Shown: positions 52,109 through 61,509 of the stretch, in pieces
Numbering within the stretch: the stretch's first letter is position 1
Layout of the letters: each line of letters starts with the position of its first letter
Translations under genes and position numbers: made by a program
Assembly: GCA_965238075.1 (NCBI GenBank)
Contig: OZ250173.1
Location: 128,001-192,000, forward strand
Direction: 5' to 3'
Length of the DNA stretch: 64,000 bases
DNA from: Candidatus Entotheonellaceae bacterium
Lineage (GTDB): Bacteria > Tectomicrobia > Entotheonellia > Entotheonellales > Entotheonellaceae
The notes under the pieces: generated by a model
What the model was told of the DNA's origin: nothing
The model's database searches: none
What the model saw: only the letters and a program-made list of their open reading frames with translations

Positions 52109-52492
52109 TCCTTTTCACCCGGCACCACAAAAGCATCCCACCACGAGCAGCAGGCCGGAAACAGCACCGAGCAGGGGCAAGCGCACGCTCTACATGGTGG
52201 AGTGGATCAAACATCCCGAACTGCGGTTCATGCCAGGTAGGCAGGTCTGTGGAGACTGCTGTCAGCGGTTGTCGGGAAGCGATTTGGCAAGCGTCAACAG
52301 ATGCGACGATCAAAGGGCGGTTCCACCTCGTGCTACAGACCGGGCGCGAACCCTCGACGGAATGCTGCGGGAGAAAACTCGAGCAGTGGTACCCGAGACC
52401 ACAGGCAGGGGACAGCACCCCCGAAACGGAACCATGCGCTGCCCGAATGCCTCAACTTTTTTGCTCCCCTAAACCACGATTTCGGTGGCCTC

Positions 52493-53464
52493 TCAAGGAT
52501 CGGTGAGATGGAGATTCAGCGGTAGGTTCCCGTCTTCCGAGTCAACAATGTACTTCTTCACTTTGGGGAGGATCTTTTCCATGGCTTCCAGGTAGAGTCG
52601 GATCCTCGTTATATCGGGGGCCTTTTCGTACTCGGTAAGCAAGGCCAGAAACCGACCGCTGTTGCCGATGGCTTCCGCCGTTGTCTGTTCCTTGTAGCTT
52701 TGCGCTGCCAACACGAGCGTACGGGCCTCACCTCTGGCTTTGGGCAGCAGATTGTTCACATACGTCTTTGCTTCGTTGATCTTCTTGTCGCGGTCGGCCT
52801 GGGCGTTAACCACATCCTGGAAAGCCTGGGCGACCGACTTATCCAGCGTGATGGTCATGATATTGGCAGACGTGACCTGAACACCACTGTGGTAGCGGTC
52901 CAGTGCGGTTTGGGTACTGTTCTTGACGTGCTCCTGAATCGCCAGCCGTCCGGTGGTGAGTACTTCATCGACTGACATCCCGATCACGGCGGCGGTTAGA
53001 ATCGCCTCCGCCAAACTGCCAATGAGTGTTTGGGGCGCTTCGACTTCGAACAGATAATCAGTCGGTTGTTGAACGACGTATTGCAGCACCATACCCACGC
53101 CGATGATGTTGGTGTCTCCGGTCAAGAGTTCGATGCCTGTTATCACCTCTCCTTCCACCTCCGGGAGGACGAATCCTACTCCGCTTTTCATCACCGCGGT
53201 GGTCTTCAAGGTATCGACCCGATCCACGGGCCAAGGCAGCCGGTAATGTATCCCGGGCCCCAGTCGGGCGGCGAGACGTCCAAAGCGCCGTACCACGGCT
53301 TGCTCGTCCGCAGCCACAGCAAAAATACCCGAGGCGAGGTAGAGCAGTATGAGGACAACACCGAGGAGCCCCCCCAAGAAGACACGCTTCAGCATCCACG
53401 ACGCACCGGCGGTGGGAGCGATGTCATCATGGTCCGGGGGAGACTGGGAGGCGGTTGTGTCCAT
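52493..53464 (-). CDS. hflK: HflK-like SPFH protein
   Basis: TM, EQAVVRRFG, GIHYRLPWP, LLTGDTNII, AFQDVVNAQ, LPKARGEA, APDITRIRLYLEAMEKIL. Confidence 0.88.
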   Translation of the reverse strand: MDTTASQSPPDHDDIAPTAGASWMLKRVFLGGLLGVVLILLYLASGIFAVAADEQAVVRRFGRLAARLGPGIHYRLPWPVDRVDTLKTTAVMKSGVGFVLPEVEGEVITGIELLTGDTNIIGVGMVLQYVVQQPTDYLFEVEAPQTLIGSLAEAILTAAVIGMSVDEVLTTGRLAIQEHVKNSTQTALDRYHSGVQVTSANIMTITLDKSVAQAFQDVVNAQADRDKKINEAKTYVNNLLPKARGEARTLVLAAQSYKEQTTAEAIGNSGRFLALLTEYEKAPDITRIRLYLEAMEKILPKVKKYIVDSEDGNLPLNLHLTDP

Positions 53465-53467
53465 GAT

Positions 53468-54394
53468 CTACTCTTGTGTCTGCGGCTGCGGATCAGGGTC
53501 CAACAGTTGCAGGGCTTCTGCATCGGCAGGAAAGAAAACGGTGGTGTTAGCATCCAGAAATTTCTCGTAAGCCTCCAGGGTGCGGAGGAATTTATAAAAT
53601 GGCGGATTGGCACGGAAAGCCTTGGCGTAAATTCGCATGGCTTCCGCATCGCCTGCACCCTTCAAGCGCTCCCCCTCTTTGTACGCTTCGGCCAGGATAT
53701 AGCCCTTCTTCCGTTCGCCCGCAGCGATAAGCTTCTTGAATTCTCGCCCTCCTTCAGAGCGGTGTCGCATGGCGATCCTGCCCCGTTCCGCCTTCATACG
53801 CGCAAAGACACTGGCGCGGTTTTGCTCTGGAAACATCAATTGCCGCAGCCACACGTCCACCACCTCGATACCGTAGTGCGACAGCGCTGCCTTGGAGACA
53901 CGCCCCCGGATCTCGGAAAGAATGGTTTGGTACTGGGTTTCCTGGCCGCGCGGAGCGATTATGGCAGCGAATGGATAGGTCCCCAGAACCGTACCGATTT
54001 CCGCAAAGACGATGTCGATAAGCCGGGCCTCGGCCTGTGTCCCGGTAACTACACGCTCTAGAAAGGCCTCGGGTTCCGCGATCTTCCACGTCACCAGGCT
54101 TTGGACCACAATGTTTTTCTTATCCTGGGTGAGATATTCGGCCCTGGGAGGTTTAAAGCTCAACAAGCGTTTTGGCAGGCGTACCACGCTTTCGATGGGG
54201 GTGGGCAACTTGAAGCGCAACCCAGGCTCGTCGATGACGCGCATCACCTGGCCGAAGCGGGTAACCACCACGTACTCTGTGATGTCGACAGCAAAAAAAC
54301 TCGCCTTGAGCCCCACGGCAAGGAGCACGACTCCCAAAAGCGTCAGTGTTCTAACGAGCTTGGTTTGGAAGACTGTATGTTGCATTGTCAGCAC
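53468..54394 (-). CDS. hflC: HflC-like SPFH protein
   Basis: VVTRFG, PGLRFKLP, LTQDKKN, VFARMKAER, FYKFLRTLEAY. Confidence 0.88.
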   Translation of the reverse strand: MLTMQHTVFQTKLVRTLTLLGVVLLAVGLKASFFAVDITEYVVVTRFGQVMRVIDEPGLRFKLPTPIESVVRLPKRLLSFKPPRAEYLTQDKKNIVVQSLVTWKIAEPEAFLERVVTGTQAEARLIDIVFAEIGTVLGTYPFAAIIAPRGQETQYQTILSEIRGRVSKAALSHYGIEVVDVWLRQLMFPEQNRASVFARMKAERGRIAMRHRSEGGREFKKLIAAGERKKGYILAEAYKEGERLKGAGDAEAMRIYAKAFRANPPFYKFLRTLEAYEKFLDANTTVFFPADAEALQLLDPDPQPQTQE

Positions 54395-54416
54395 TCACGC
54401 GGTCTGCTAGGCCCAC

Positions 54417-54573
54417 TAGAGCATTTTCGGTTCGGAATGAATCGCACAATGCTCCGAGGCGGTCATTCCGGTCTTGACCCGGAATCCAGCGGCCCCCGAA
54501 AACCTCTGGACTCCGGCTTTCGCCGGAGTGACATGGATTTAATGTCAAGCCATTATGATCCAAAAGTGCTCTA
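54417..54573 (+). mobile_element. MITE copy 4, inserted at the CTAG containing the permease-HflK stop codon
   Basis: CTAG on both sides (54416-54419 and 54571-54574). Confidence 0.85.
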
Positions 54574-56781
54574 GCGATTTTGCTTCATGCCATTGGGTTC
54601 GAGCAACCACAGATCGAGTTCGTTGACATCTTGACGAACCGGCCGAAGGAATTTCTGCACCGGTGGAAGGACCTCCTCGGCGGTCTCGAGGCGCAGGCGA
54701 AATCGGGTGAGATCGGGGGCATCCTGGTATGCGTTCTGGCGCAGGCTGTAGGCCATTGCGTCGCCCTCGGCCCGCAAGATCTTTTCTTCTCGAAAAGCCA
54801 AGGCTTCCTCAATCATGGCCGCGGCCTCCCCTGAAGCGAGATTCACCTTCTCTCCGGCAAAGGTCAGGGCGCGATTTATGATATGCATTTTGTCTTCCTG
54901 TGCGCTGGCCACGTCCCGAAAAGCCTGATGCACGTCCTGGGGGGCATGCAGGTTGAGGAAACTGAGGGATACCACCTGCATGCCGGCCTGGTAGGCGTCC
55001 AAGAGATCTTGCACCCGCGCCAGACTTTGGCGCTCCATTGTGCCCCGCGCGGTCGTCAGAACCTCGTCAATACTGATTGTGCCGACCGTCTCTCGCAGCA
55101 CAGACAGGATCAGACTGCGTACGAGTGCGTCCGGCGCCGAGATGTTATAGGCATAGGCAATCGCATTATGGATGCGATATTGCACCGCAACGCTAAGGTC
55201 AACAATGTTGGCATCACCCGTTAACACGAAGGCCTCATCATCAACCTTCTCCTTTTGGAACCAGAAGCCAGTTGAGGCGATCGCCATGGGTACAGGGTTG
55301 CCCGGTCCGCCAACGGTCAGACGCTGTCGCGCCTGGGCGCGCACCGTGCCGCTCTGCGGGTCAGTGCTTCTGAAGCCGAGTTCAATGCGTCGGATCAGGT
55401 CCTTGTGCACGATCTGATGACTCGCAATAGGCCAGGGCAGACGGTAATGAAAACCAGGTGACAACTCCCCGGCCACAATTTGGCCAAAGCGCGACTTAAT
55501 GCCTACTGCTCCCGGTGGCACAGCAAAAATGCCGCTCGACAGATACAGCAGGGCTAACGCGAGCGCGGTAGCGCCTTGTAAACGCACGGCCGTCAGATGC
55601 ACCCCTGTATGGGCGGTGAGGCTATCGCGCACCCCCAGCCATTCCTCTGGTACATGGGTGCGTCGCATACTGAGGAACAACAAAGCTATGAAAATCACGG
55701 CGGCAGCGACTTTGACCTGTTCAGGCACCCCGCCGGTAGCACGTCCAAAGGTCGCCTGCGGTTCTATGTCCCAGGCCTGATAGAGCCAATTCAACGTATA
55801 GCCGGCCAACAGGGTCATCACCACAATGGCGCCCAGGTAGATGGCAACGATCTTCCGTCCCAGAAATTTCAACAGGATAGGAAAACTTCCCAGGTTTGTG
55901 GCTGGACCTGCCAGCAGAAACACCAGCGCGGCCCCAGGGTTCAACCCCTTCAGCACCAGTGCCGCAGCAATCGGGGTCGAGGAGGACGCACACGTGTATA
56001 TGGGGATCCCGAGGATGAGCATGGCCACCATGGTGGTGAAGCCGCCGCTCAAATAGCGTTCGATGATGGAGGCAGGCAAGAGGACTGCCACGAGGCCCGA
56101 CAGGACAATGCCCAGCACCAGCCAGTGACTGGTATCGTCCAGCAAGTCACGGAAAGCATAGGTAAAGATCGTTCGGACAGTCGTATAGGACCCAACTGAT
56201 GCTCCTGGTGTGACTGCCTTGTCGCTTTCAGCATGAGATAAGTGGGAAGTATGATCATGGTCATGAGTATGGGTATGATGCGGTGTGACTGTATGCGGCT
56301 CTGGCAGAGTTGTGTCGGGATGGGAGGCGTCCTGTTCTACCGCAGGTTCGGTGGTGGTGGTTTCCCTCTCGCCCCAAAAATTGGTTGCGATGCCAGCAGC
56401 GATCGCCGTGGCCATAGCAGACAAGGGGCGAAAAATGGTCATCAGTGGATCCAGCAAGGCGTAACTCAAGCTGATTGAATCTACTCCCGTCTCCGGGGTT
56501 GCAATGAGAAATGAGACAGTCGCCCCTGGCGTTGCGCCCTGTCGCCGCAATCCCAAGGCCGTAGGCAACACCCCGCAGGAGCACAGAGGTAGTGGCATGC
56601 CCAGCGTTGAGGCCCATAACACCGACTTGATCTTACCGGTACCGAAGAAACGCAGGAGGGTTTTCAGAGGCATGAGAACAGCGAGAACACCGGCGACCAG
56701 AAAGCCGAACAGGAGAAAAATGCCTGCTTCTTTGACCACAAACCAGGTCTCTTGCGCAACCTGGAGCAAAAACTCAATCAC
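54571..56781 (-). CDS. Fusion of a DUF318/SO_0444-type (ArsP-like) metal permease with His-rich loop and a C-terminal HflK domain
   Basis: PLPLCSCGVLP, FLIATPETGVDS, HHTHTHDHDH, PIYTCASSSTP, FLLAGPATN; then GFHYRLPWP, LTGDANIV, AFRDVASAQED, APDLTRFRL in one frame. Confidence 0.88.
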   Translation of the reverse strand: MIEFLLQVAQETWFVVKEAGIFLLFGFLVAGVLAVLMPLKTLLRFFGTGKIKSVLWASTLGMPLPLCSCGVLPTALGLRRQGATPGATVSFLIATPETGVDSISLSYALLDPLMTIFRPLSAMATAIAAGIATNFWGERETTTTEPAVEQDASHPDTTLPEPHTVTPHHTHTHDHDHTSHLSHAESDKAVTPGASVGSYTTVRTIFTYAFRDLLDDTSHWLVLGIVLSGLVAVLLPASIIERYLSGGFTTMVAMLILGIPIYTCASSSTPIAAALVLKGLNPGAALVFLLAGPATNLGSFPILLKFLGRKIVAIYLGAIVVMTLLAGYTLNWLYQAWDIEPQATFGRATGGVPEQVKVAAAVIFIALLFLSMRRTHVPEEWLGVRDSLTAHTGVHLTAVRLQGATALALALLYLSSGIFAVPPGAVGIKSRFGQIVAGELSPGFHYRLPWPIASHQIVHKDLIRRIELGFRSTDPQSGTVRAQARQRLTVGGPGNPVPMAIASTGFWFQKEKVDDEAFVLTGDANIVDLSVAVQYRIHNAIAYAYNISAPDALVRSLILSVLRETVGTISIDEVLTTARGTMERQSLARVQDLLDAYQAGMQVVSLSFLNLHAPQDVHQAFRDVASAQEDKMHIINRALTFAGEKVNLASGEAAAMIEEALAFREEKILRAEGDAMAYSLRQNAYQDAPDLTRFRLRLETAEEVLPPVQKFLRPVRQDVNELDLWLLEPNGMKQNR

Positions 56782-56875
56782 CTCTGCTCCCCCCACACCA
56801 AATGGCCAACCGTAAGAAGAGGGAAAAGAGAGGAAGAAAAGTCCCCCCCTCTCTTCATCCCTCTATCTTTCCAGC

Positions 56876-57910
56876 CTATTGGGGTAAGTACCTTTTATCC
56901 AACTGACAGGCGACGGAATAACTCGGGTCGACCGCGTTGGCGATCTCCAAGCTAGCTGCCTGCCCCAGAAGCTGGTTGGCCTCAAGCTTGTCATACCCAT
57001 AGTCTTCCACGAGCCAGTTGATCAGGTCGACACAAGCCAGCCTAAGGGCATCGATTAAGGGCCGTGTACTGCCGATGGACATGATATGGGTATCGTTTAC
57101 CAGTCTCGGCCAATTGATGCTTTTTCCCTTGATCAGATCAACGGTGAATTGCACGTCCATTGAGGTTTCGATGGCAGCACCATCGATCTCGCCATCCCCT
57201 TGGGCGGCATGGCCATCACCGATCATGAGCAACGCACCCGGCTCAAACACCGGAAAGTACATGGTGACGCCGGATACCACCTCATTGAAATCCATATTGG
57301 CACCGTGGGGGCCTGGGGTCAGGGAACTCCAGCACTCTTTTCCCGCCGTGACTGTCCCGATGGTTCCAAGGAATGGACGCAGGGGGACTTCCACTCTGCC
57401 AATTTTGCTCTTGGGCATGTCCAGGATGCCAACATTCCTCTCCAGGTCCAAGTTCCAGACAAAGAGGATATCCGGCGCCGGTTCGGTAATCATGGCCGTT
57501 TTGTACTCCGGTTCCAAGGTGCCAAAGTAGGGGATCGAACCGCCCCAACCCCAGTCCCGATTCGGAACGACTTTTTCGAGATGGACCACCAAGGTGTCCC
57601 CAGGCTCAGCCCCTTCGATGTAGAACGGACCGGTCTGGGGGTTCACCCTACTCAGATCGAGCTTGGGAAAGAGGGTCTTGTCAGTGGTGGAATAGACATC
57701 ATTAGACGCATCTCGCGTGGTGGTGATCACCGTATCACCAGGTGAGATGCGCATCGCCGGGGGGTGGGAATGGCAATAGGTGAAATACACCGTGTCACCC
57801 GGATCGTATTCCACGGTCGCCGCCGCCGCCGGGAGCGTCAAGATGAGCCCCATCATGACAGCCAACATCACCTGAACAGCTACCATCTTGCTATTGCACA
57901 AATGCCGCAT
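56876..57910 (-). CDS. Acetamidase/formamidase (FmdA_AmdA) family protein with signal peptide
   Basis: NPQTGPFYIEGAEPGDTL, PFLGTIG, HGANMD, GDGHAAQGDGE, AIET; N-terminal hydrophobic stretch ending AAAA. Confidence 0.88.
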   Translation of the reverse strand: MRHLCNSKMVAVQVMLAVMMGLILTLPAAAATVEYDPGDTVYFTYCHSHPPAMRISPGDTVITTTRDASNDVYSTTDKTLFPKLDLSRVNPQTGPFYIEGAEPGDTLVVHLEKVVPNRDWGWGGSIPYFGTLEPEYKTAMITEPAPDILFVWNLDLERNVGILDMPKSKIGRVEVPLRPFLGTIGTVTAGKECWSSLTPGPHGANMDFNEVVSGVTMYFPVFEPGALLMIGDGHAAQGDGEIDGAAIETSMDVQFTVDLIKGKSINWPRLVNDTHIMSIGSTRPLIDALRLACVDLINWLVEDYGYDKLEANQLLGQAASLEIANAVDPSYSVACQLDKRYLPQ

Positions 57911-57990
57911 ACATGTCTCCTTTGCCTCATTACATAAAGATATAAAGAAAATCGTCACTTAGCTGAAACGTCTACAACACGACCTCTCCC

Positions 57991-58968
57991 CTACTGCCCC
58001 GCCACGTCCATCGGCCTCACCTCCTCCCTGTTCTGGAGCACTGGCGAACGCGGGTCATGAGTCCGAAAGTAGTAGGTGCTGTCATAGAGCATGTGGAACA
58101 ACTCAGAATCCAAAGCCAAGACCATTGTTGTTTGGGAATCGATGGAGCGGCGATAGGTCTGCAGCGTCCGCAGGAAGGTGTAGAACTCCGGATCTTTGCT
58201 CAGCGTCTCAGCATAAATCCGCGCCGCTTCGGCTTCCCCTTCGCCCCGATACTGCTGGGCAATTTTCAAGGCCTCGGCCATGATCGTGGCTTTTTCTCGG
58301 TCCGCGGTGGCCCGGATCTTCAGCCCTTCCTCCTCCCCTTCGGAGCGGTATCGCATACTGATGCGCGTACGCTCCGATTTCATGCGAGAGAACACACTGC
58401 TGCGGTTCTGAGCTGGGAAGTCCAAGCGCTGCAGCCGCACGTCGACCACGGCAATGCCGTAATCCCGCAGGGCAATCTCACGACATTCCCGGGCGACGGT
58501 GGCAAGGATGGCCTCAGCCCGGTAGCCCTCGGGATCCGTTGACACAAAGGCCGTCAGAGGATGCTGTCCGATGGCAGCGCCCAACGCTGCAAAGAGGATA
58601 TCGCTCAGTCGTGAAGCTGCTCCCGAGCGATCGAAAACGGTCTGGAGGAACTTTTGCGGGTCGGCAACGCGCCACAAAACAGCGCTGGCAGCGATGACAG
58701 TGGTCTTTTCCAGGGTGAGGAATTCGCCCAAAGGAGGAACGAGGATAAACAGGCGATTATCGAACCGGGTCACATTATGATAGGGATATTTGAGCTTCAG
58801 CCCCGGAGTTTTGATGACCCGTATAGGATTGCCGAATGCCGTGACCACCGCATATTCGCTGGCATCGACCGTGAAGAAGCAGAGGGTGCCCAGGAATGTC
58901 ACGCAAACGGCTGCACCCAGCAACACGACGGCCCTCACGCGTCCTTTGCCACCGGAGGTCATGGGCAC
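57991..58968 (-). CDS. hflC: HflC-like SPFH protein
   Basis: AVVTAFG, PGLKLKYP, VFSRMKSER, RSEGEEEG, DPEFYTFLRTLQTY. Confidence 0.88.
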   Translation of the reverse strand: MPMTSGGKGRVRAVVLLGAAVCVTFLGTLCFFTVDASEYAVVTAFGNPIRVIKTPGLKLKYPYHNVTRFDNRLFILVPPLGEFLTLEKTTVIAASAVLWRVADPQKFLQTVFDRSGAASRLSDILFAALGAAIGQHPLTAFVSTDPEGYRAEAILATVARECREIALRDYGIAVVDVRLQRLDFPAQNRSSVFSRMKSERTRISMRYRSEGEEEGLKIRATADREKATIMAEALKIAQQYRGEGEAEAARIYAETLSKDPEFYTFLRTLQTYRRSIDSQTTMVLALDSELFHMLYDSTYYFRTHDPRSPVLQNREEVRPMDVAGQ

Positions 58969-59819
58969 CGAACCTCTTATGAGAGAAGGAGCTAAATGGA
59001 AGGAACCCTGCGACGAATCAGGATTTGCCCATCCTTAGCATTACTTTCCTGATACTGTCAAGCGTCAATATTTCGGGCAGTTCTGACAGCAAGGTAATCG
59101 CACGAACCCTCCAATTTCATAGTGTTGCCCAACGCAACCGAGAAAGGAGGCGCTTCGTGCGACTGCTTCAGCGTTACTGCCGTAACTCACCCATAGCGGC
59201 CGGTCACATGCGCAACCTCCACCTGGAAGTTTGACCCTACAAGTCGGCGGTATCCCAAAAACAGACAGGGTCTTCACCGATTCCAGGCGTTTGGCACGAA
59301 AGGGTGCCGAAGAAAAAGCGGTTGTTTACCCGGTATTGGCATATGGAGATGTTCCGGGTTTATACATCGGACTCTAATGCCAGTCGTGCGCCTCGGGCAT
59401 CCGCAGGCGGGGTGTCGACGGCTTTCAGGTCCGACACGATGACAGCGCATTGCAGGCGAGACAAGGTGGGCGGGAAAAACCAGAAATAAAGCACTGGAAC
59501 AGAATATGGTGAGCGAGAGGCCCCTTTTCATAAAGTTGATCGGGGAAGGAGGTATTATCGGTGCGACGCCCTCCCCTAAGCAGGACTCTGTTCATAGCCA
59601 TCGGCGTTTTGACGACTTGAGAAATACGGCGCTGAGATTGTACATCCCGGTTGCCTCGACCCTTTTGGGTGCGATGGTGAAGTATCTCCTTTCTCCGAGT
59701 GAAATAGGCACCGCGTCAACCATCGCCGTGGCGTAACCAACTTGGAGTCCTGGAGACCCCGCTGGTTTCGGCCGTGCAAGCCATGCAGCTTAGCCCGCAC
59801 AAGGCAACAGCGCCAAGAT

Positions 59820-59888
59820 ACCCACTCATGAGAGGGTTGCCGATACTGGTGTCAGGGCGTATAAATGAAATTGATAACGGTTTTCATT
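59820..59888 (+). promoter_or_regulatory. Palindrome (59820-59837), sigma70 promoter TTGCCG-N17-TATAAA (59837-59865) and Fur-like box (59870-59888), copy 2
   Basis: ACCCACTCATGAGAGGGT; AATGAAATTGATAACGGTTTTCATTATTAT; homologous to 971-1038. Confidence 0.75.
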
Positions 59889-59939
59889 ATTATGTTACTG
59901 TGGCGGGAAGAACTTCCAAACACCGGGGGTAAGCCGTTC

Positions 59940-60189
59940 ATGGACTCGGTTGGTGTGAACCTGCAAAAACTGCGTGCTTCAGGATTTTGGCTGCCGGCTG
60001 CGGCAGATGCGCAAGATGCGGCGGCTGCGCCAAATGGATTTGGCCTCGTTCGGGCTAAGCTACAGGTACTACCAGCGGATCGAGGCGGGCCACGTGAACC
60101 CTACCCTGATTACCATGCACCGGCTGGCATCGGCGTTTGACGTGTCGGTGCACGATTTGTTCCGCCCGGAGATTCCAACGGAGGCCTAA
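59940..60189 (+). pseudogene. XRE regulator copy 2, +1 frameshift in an A5 run (or shorter intact form from GTG 59974)
   Basis: MDSVGVNLQK aligns to copy 1 MDSVVADIQE; remainder LQDFGCRLRQMRK...TEA lies in the next frame. Confidence 0.75.
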
Positions 60190-60333
60190 GGCGACTGATT
60201 CCGCGCAAGCCGCGCTCTCGTTGTCGCCTTAAGCGCTCCTCAGCTCACCCTTTGAACACATTGCCTCACGCCCTTCCCCCTCTGCGTCAGGCACACCCGG
60301 CAGGGGTCGCCGTGGGCTCCTGCCACTGCCTGA
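60187..60333 (+). ncRNA. Candidate structured 3'-UTR sRNA, copy 2
   Basis: Hairpins at 60202-60214 (inside stem 60187-60231), 60262-60293 (loop CCTTCCCCCTCT) and 60299-60324. Confidence 0.55.
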
Positions 60334-60423
60334 GGGATTGGTTGACCTCAACGGGGAACCTGACAAGGTGCAATTCGCAACACCCCGCGCCATCCACAAA
60401 GGTAGGCATTCATTCCCGTTAAC

Positions 60424-61509
60424 TCAACCGAGCCGATGCGGCTCCAGCTTTTCCCAGATGAAATCGACGCTGTGGCCGGGGCGTTCCGGGGCGCGGGCCA
60501 TGCCGTTGACGATGGGCAGAGGCACCTCCACGTAAGGCTCAACGCCGAAGCCGTGGATTTCGAGGTGGTTGGCGTTGGGAATGGCGGCCAGCAGGTGAAC
60601 GTGCAAGTCGTGGACGCCGTGCGAGGTGATGGGCAGGTTGTGGGCTTCGGCCATGTGCGCCACCTTCATCCATGGCGTGATGCCGCCGCAGTTGGTGACG
60701 TCGGGCTCGACGAACGACACGGCATTGGCAACCATGAACTTCTGGAACTCGTAAATGGTGTGCAGGTTCTCGCCGGCAGCGACGGGCGTCAGGCCCTCGG
60801 CAACGATGCGGGCGTGACCGGCGACGTCGTCGGGAATGGTGGGTTCCTCCAGCCAATAGACATCGTGCTCCGCCAGGGCGCGGGAGCGGCGAATCGCTTC
60901 GTCGACCGACCACTTCATGTTGGCGTCGACCATCAGGTGCACGTCCGCCCCGATTTCGTTACGCACCGCCCCGACGCGCTCGATGTCCTCGCCTAGCGTC
61001 TCCTTGCCCACGCGCATCTTGACGGCGTGAAAGCCGCTGTCCACCAGCTTTCGGTTCTGCGCGATCAGTTCGGGAATCGAAAAATTGAAATTGATGCTGC
61101 CAGCGTAGGCGTGCACATCCGGATTGTGCCCGCCGAGCAGGCGCCAGAGCGGAACGCCGAGCTTGCGAGCCTTGAGGTCCCACAGCGCGATGTCGATGGC
61201 CGACATGGCGAAGCTGGCCGCGCCGCCGCGTCCGGCGTAGTGCACGTGCCACCACATGTCTTTCCAGAGCGCCTCGATCAGGTCGGCATCGCGGCCTTGC
61301 AGAAACGGGCCCAGCTCGCCGTCGATGAGCGCGGCGATGCTCTTGCCGCTGTTGAGGGCGTAGGTATAACCGACGCCTTCCACCCCGTCGCCGTCGCGCA
61401 GGCGCACGACAACGAATTCGGAGTGAGTCATTTTGCCGTGCATGGAATCCTGCATGACGAACGGCAGCGGCAGGCGGTACAGAGAGGTTTCAACGTGCGT
61501 GATGGACAA
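60424..61509 (-). CDS. Mandelate racemase/muconate lactonizing enzyme family protein
   Basis: SAIDIALWDL, KMRVG, MVDAN, WLEEP, AGEN, PDV. Confidence 0.9.
   Translation of the reverse strand: MSITHVETSLYRLPLPFVMQDSMHGKMTHSEFVVVRLRDGDGVEGVGYTYALNSGKSIAALIDGELGPFLQGRDADLIEALWKDMWWHVHYAGRGGAASFAMSAIDIALWDLKARKLGVPLWRLLGGHNPDVHAYAGSINFNFSIPELIAQNRKLVDSGFHAVKMRVGKETLGEDIERVGAVRNEIGADVHLMVDANMKWSVDEAIRRSRALAEHDVYWLEEPTIPDDVAGHARIVAEGLTPVAAGENLHTIYEFQKFMVANAVSFVEPDVTNCGGITPWMKVAHMAEAHNLPITSHGVHDLHVHLLAAIPNANHLEIHGFGVEPYVEVPLPIVNGMARAPERPGHSVDFIWEKLEPHRLG

Noticed and set aside
59290-59310. TGGCAC...TGC as a sigma54 promoter
   Set aside because: GG-to-GC spacing is 11 rather than 10; it reads better as a small hairpin
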